From: Parasitella parasitica NRRL 2501 | Taxonomy: Eukaryota; Fungi; Mucoromycota | NCBI GenBank assembly: GCA_025201805.1 | Contig: MU619242.1 | Span: 119,323 to 183,322 of the forward strand | Direction of reading: 5' to 3' | Length of the DNA: 64,000 nucleotides | Shown: one piece after another, positions 61,729 to 64,000 of the stretch | Layout of the letters: every line of letters starts with the position of its first letter | Position numbering within the stretch: position 1 is the stretch's first letter | Position numbers and translations under genes: made by a program | Notes under the pieces: model-generated | What the model saw: only the letters and a program-made list of their open reading frames with translations | What the model was told of the DNA's origin: nothing | Database searches by the model: none

Positions 61729-62639
61729 CCGACAATGCAATCTTTAAAGAGGATGGATTATACGTTCCTCTTTAAAAAAACATGCCAATTTATAGACTTT
61801 TCGATTGTAACATCATATTAATAAATTTATAATTCCTTGCCACTTGTACAGCCCAAATTTGAAAACAGGGACTCGAGCCTCTGTCAAAAGAATAAGGACA
61901 CGGGCATAATGATTATTTGTGAAAATTAAGCAGACAAGAACCATTATCTGAACTAACAACCAAATTACTGTTCCTTTAATAGACTCGTTAAGCAGAGTGC
62001 ATCCATGCGTAGGTGTGATGTCTACAAGGCTTGCCCACGGCCCAAATTGCTGTCCTGGATGTTGGGAATATATCAAAAGGATGCACCAAACCGCACATCG
62101 CAAACACTCTAAAATGATCAAGTAGTTGACATGCATAATGGGCTGCTTATCTGTCAGGGATTTTACCGCTACGAAGCCAACACATTTGCTATATGTTATT
62201 GACTAACAAACACACCAATTCAAAATTTTTATTATCAAGAGCGAAGCAAAATACAAAAAACAACAACATTCTAATACGTGCAATCAGTTAATTACCATAC
62301 ATGTCTATTTTAAACAATTTTGTTTTCTCATTTGATTTGGCATTGATGCGTTAATCAGAACACCAGGAGAGCTTACTGCAGATACAAGTTTTATCCGTTC
62401 CCGAACTTATTACAGTGAAAAAACTATCTTGATTTGAGAGACGGTGCACATGGGCACAATGGTTATTTGTGTAAATCAAAAGACAAAGGATGGTGTTAAC
62501 ATTAAAGTTTTTGTTTAGGTGAAGTAGCCAGAAAGATCCGCGGAGATGTCAGCCCGCCTCCAATTTATAGATTAGGTACCCTTGTAGCATAGCGTTCTAT
62601 GATACACGAAAAAGGTGGAAGTATGATATGATATAGTCG

Positions 62640-63870
62640 TTGTAGAGGCTTTAAATTTCAATCTCAGCGCTTTGTTTCCATTTGACCCAAATCAGTTTTG
62701 AGCTTTTTTTTGAATAGTTTATTGCTAGATATCTCATAAATGCAATGGGTATATCGAATATGCGTACTAAGTGTTTTATGACAAAAAATAAATTTTGCAT
62801 ACAATCATATAAATTACAAGACTATAAAAACACTTTTTATTATTACCAATTTTCAAATATACAAAAAACGCCATTTTTGATAGTTTTTAAGTAAAAGCAA
62901 NNNNNNNNNNNNNNNNNNNNNNNNNNNNNNNNNNNNNNNNNNNNNNNNNNNNNNNNNNNNNNNNNNNNNNNNNNNNNNNNNNNNNNNNNNNNNNNNNNNN
63001 NNNNNNNNNNNNNNNNNNNNNNNNNNNNNNNNNNNNNNNNNNNNNNNNNNNNNNNNNNNNNNNNNNNNNNNNNNNNNNNNNNNNNNNNNNNNNNNNNNNN
63101 NNNNNNNNNNNNNNNNNNNNNNNNNNNNNNNNNNNNNNNNNNNNNNNNNNNNNNNNNNNNNNNNNNNNNNNNNNNNNNNNNNNNNNNNNNNNNNNNNNNN
63201 NNNNNNNNNNNNNNNNNNNNNNNNNNNNNNNNNNNNNNNNNNNNNNNNNNNNNNNNNNNNNNNNNNNNNNNNNNNNNNNNNNNNNNNNNNNNNNNNNNNN
63301 NNNNNNNNNNNNNNNNNNNNNNNNNNNNNNNNNNNNNNNNNNNNNNNNNNNNNNNNNNNNNNNNNNNNNNNNNNNNNNNNNNNNNNNNNNNNNNNNNNNN
63401 NNNNNNNNNNNNNNNNNNNNNNNNNNNNNNNNNNNNNNNNNNNNNNNNNNNNNNNNNNNNNNNNNNNNNNNNNNNNNNNNNNNNNNNNNNNNNNNNNNNN
63501 NNNNNNNNNNNNNNNNNNNNNNNNNNNNNNNNNNNNNNNNNNNNNNNNNNNNNNNNNNNNNNNNNNNNNNNNNNNNNNNNNNNNNNNNNNNNNNNNNNNN
63601 NNNNNNNNNNNNNNNCTGTATTCTTAGTTTGGACCTCAAATCCGTACCTAAAAATGACCCTGAAGATCAACCCAAAGTTGAAAACTGAAAATCGAATCTG
63701 AGGTTTGGGGTCCAAACATGAGAAAATCTGGAAAATAGCCAGAGGTAAATGAGACTCAGATATGTTGTATATTGGTAAAAAAAAAAGAAGATGTTGGCTG
63801 AAAGTTGTATCTCCATTGCTTAATACTTTGTAAAGATATTAGAGATTGTAGATTGTGCCTTTAGGCGGGG
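62640..63870. mobile_element. Possible decayed inverted-repeat DNA element around the assembly gap
   Basis: Internal inverted repeat 63621-63642 / 63700-63724, plus short mirrored matches either side of the gap (TTACCAAT/ATTGGTAA, GCAATGG/CCATTGC, CAATCTC/GAGATTG). Confidence 0.3.
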
Positions 63871-64000
63871 AAAAAAACAATGATTATGATTAAGTAGTCT
63901 TTATTTTAACCAAAAAGTGAAGCTACATATAATCAATTTTTGATGCCATATTATACTGTGTCTCAGCTATCGATTCGTACGGAGACATACCCAAGTTACC

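Overview
Gene-dense, intron-rich eukaryotic DNA from a fungus, most likely Mucorales (Mucoromycota), judged from the short GT-AG introns, the protein families and a fungal WKNNGNT-type WRKY factor. About 22 protein genes are present. In order they are beta-carbonic anhydrase, WDR55/Jip5, DUF4112, TAF10, eIF2B-alpha, pyruvate carboxylase, a Kar9/GAS2 protein, importin-beta, an Env7/STK16 kinase, an ArAE/FUSC-type exporter, a SconB/Met30 F-box protein, a MetR/Cys-3-like bZIP, a DUF4097 membrane protein, an orphan, WRKY, a secreted Ppn1-like phosphoesterase, Rrp5, a chitin deacetylase, a hexokinase-like protein, beta-adaptin and a second orphan. There is also a decayed, internally deleted Helitron, four assembly gaps and probable repeat insertions at two of them. 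The leading candidate for an undescribed system is the SconB/Met30 sulfur-control F-box gene sitting directly upstream of a gene for its expected substrate, a MetR/Cys-3/Zip1-type bZIP, which carries a hidden SP/TP repeat exon. Other notable points are a hexokinase whose ATP- and sugar-binding motifs are systematically replaced, lying next to a chitin deacetylase that needs an 8-nt micro-exon, and four co-directional genes separated by only 63-223 bp. All exon structures were inferred by eye; no database searches were run.
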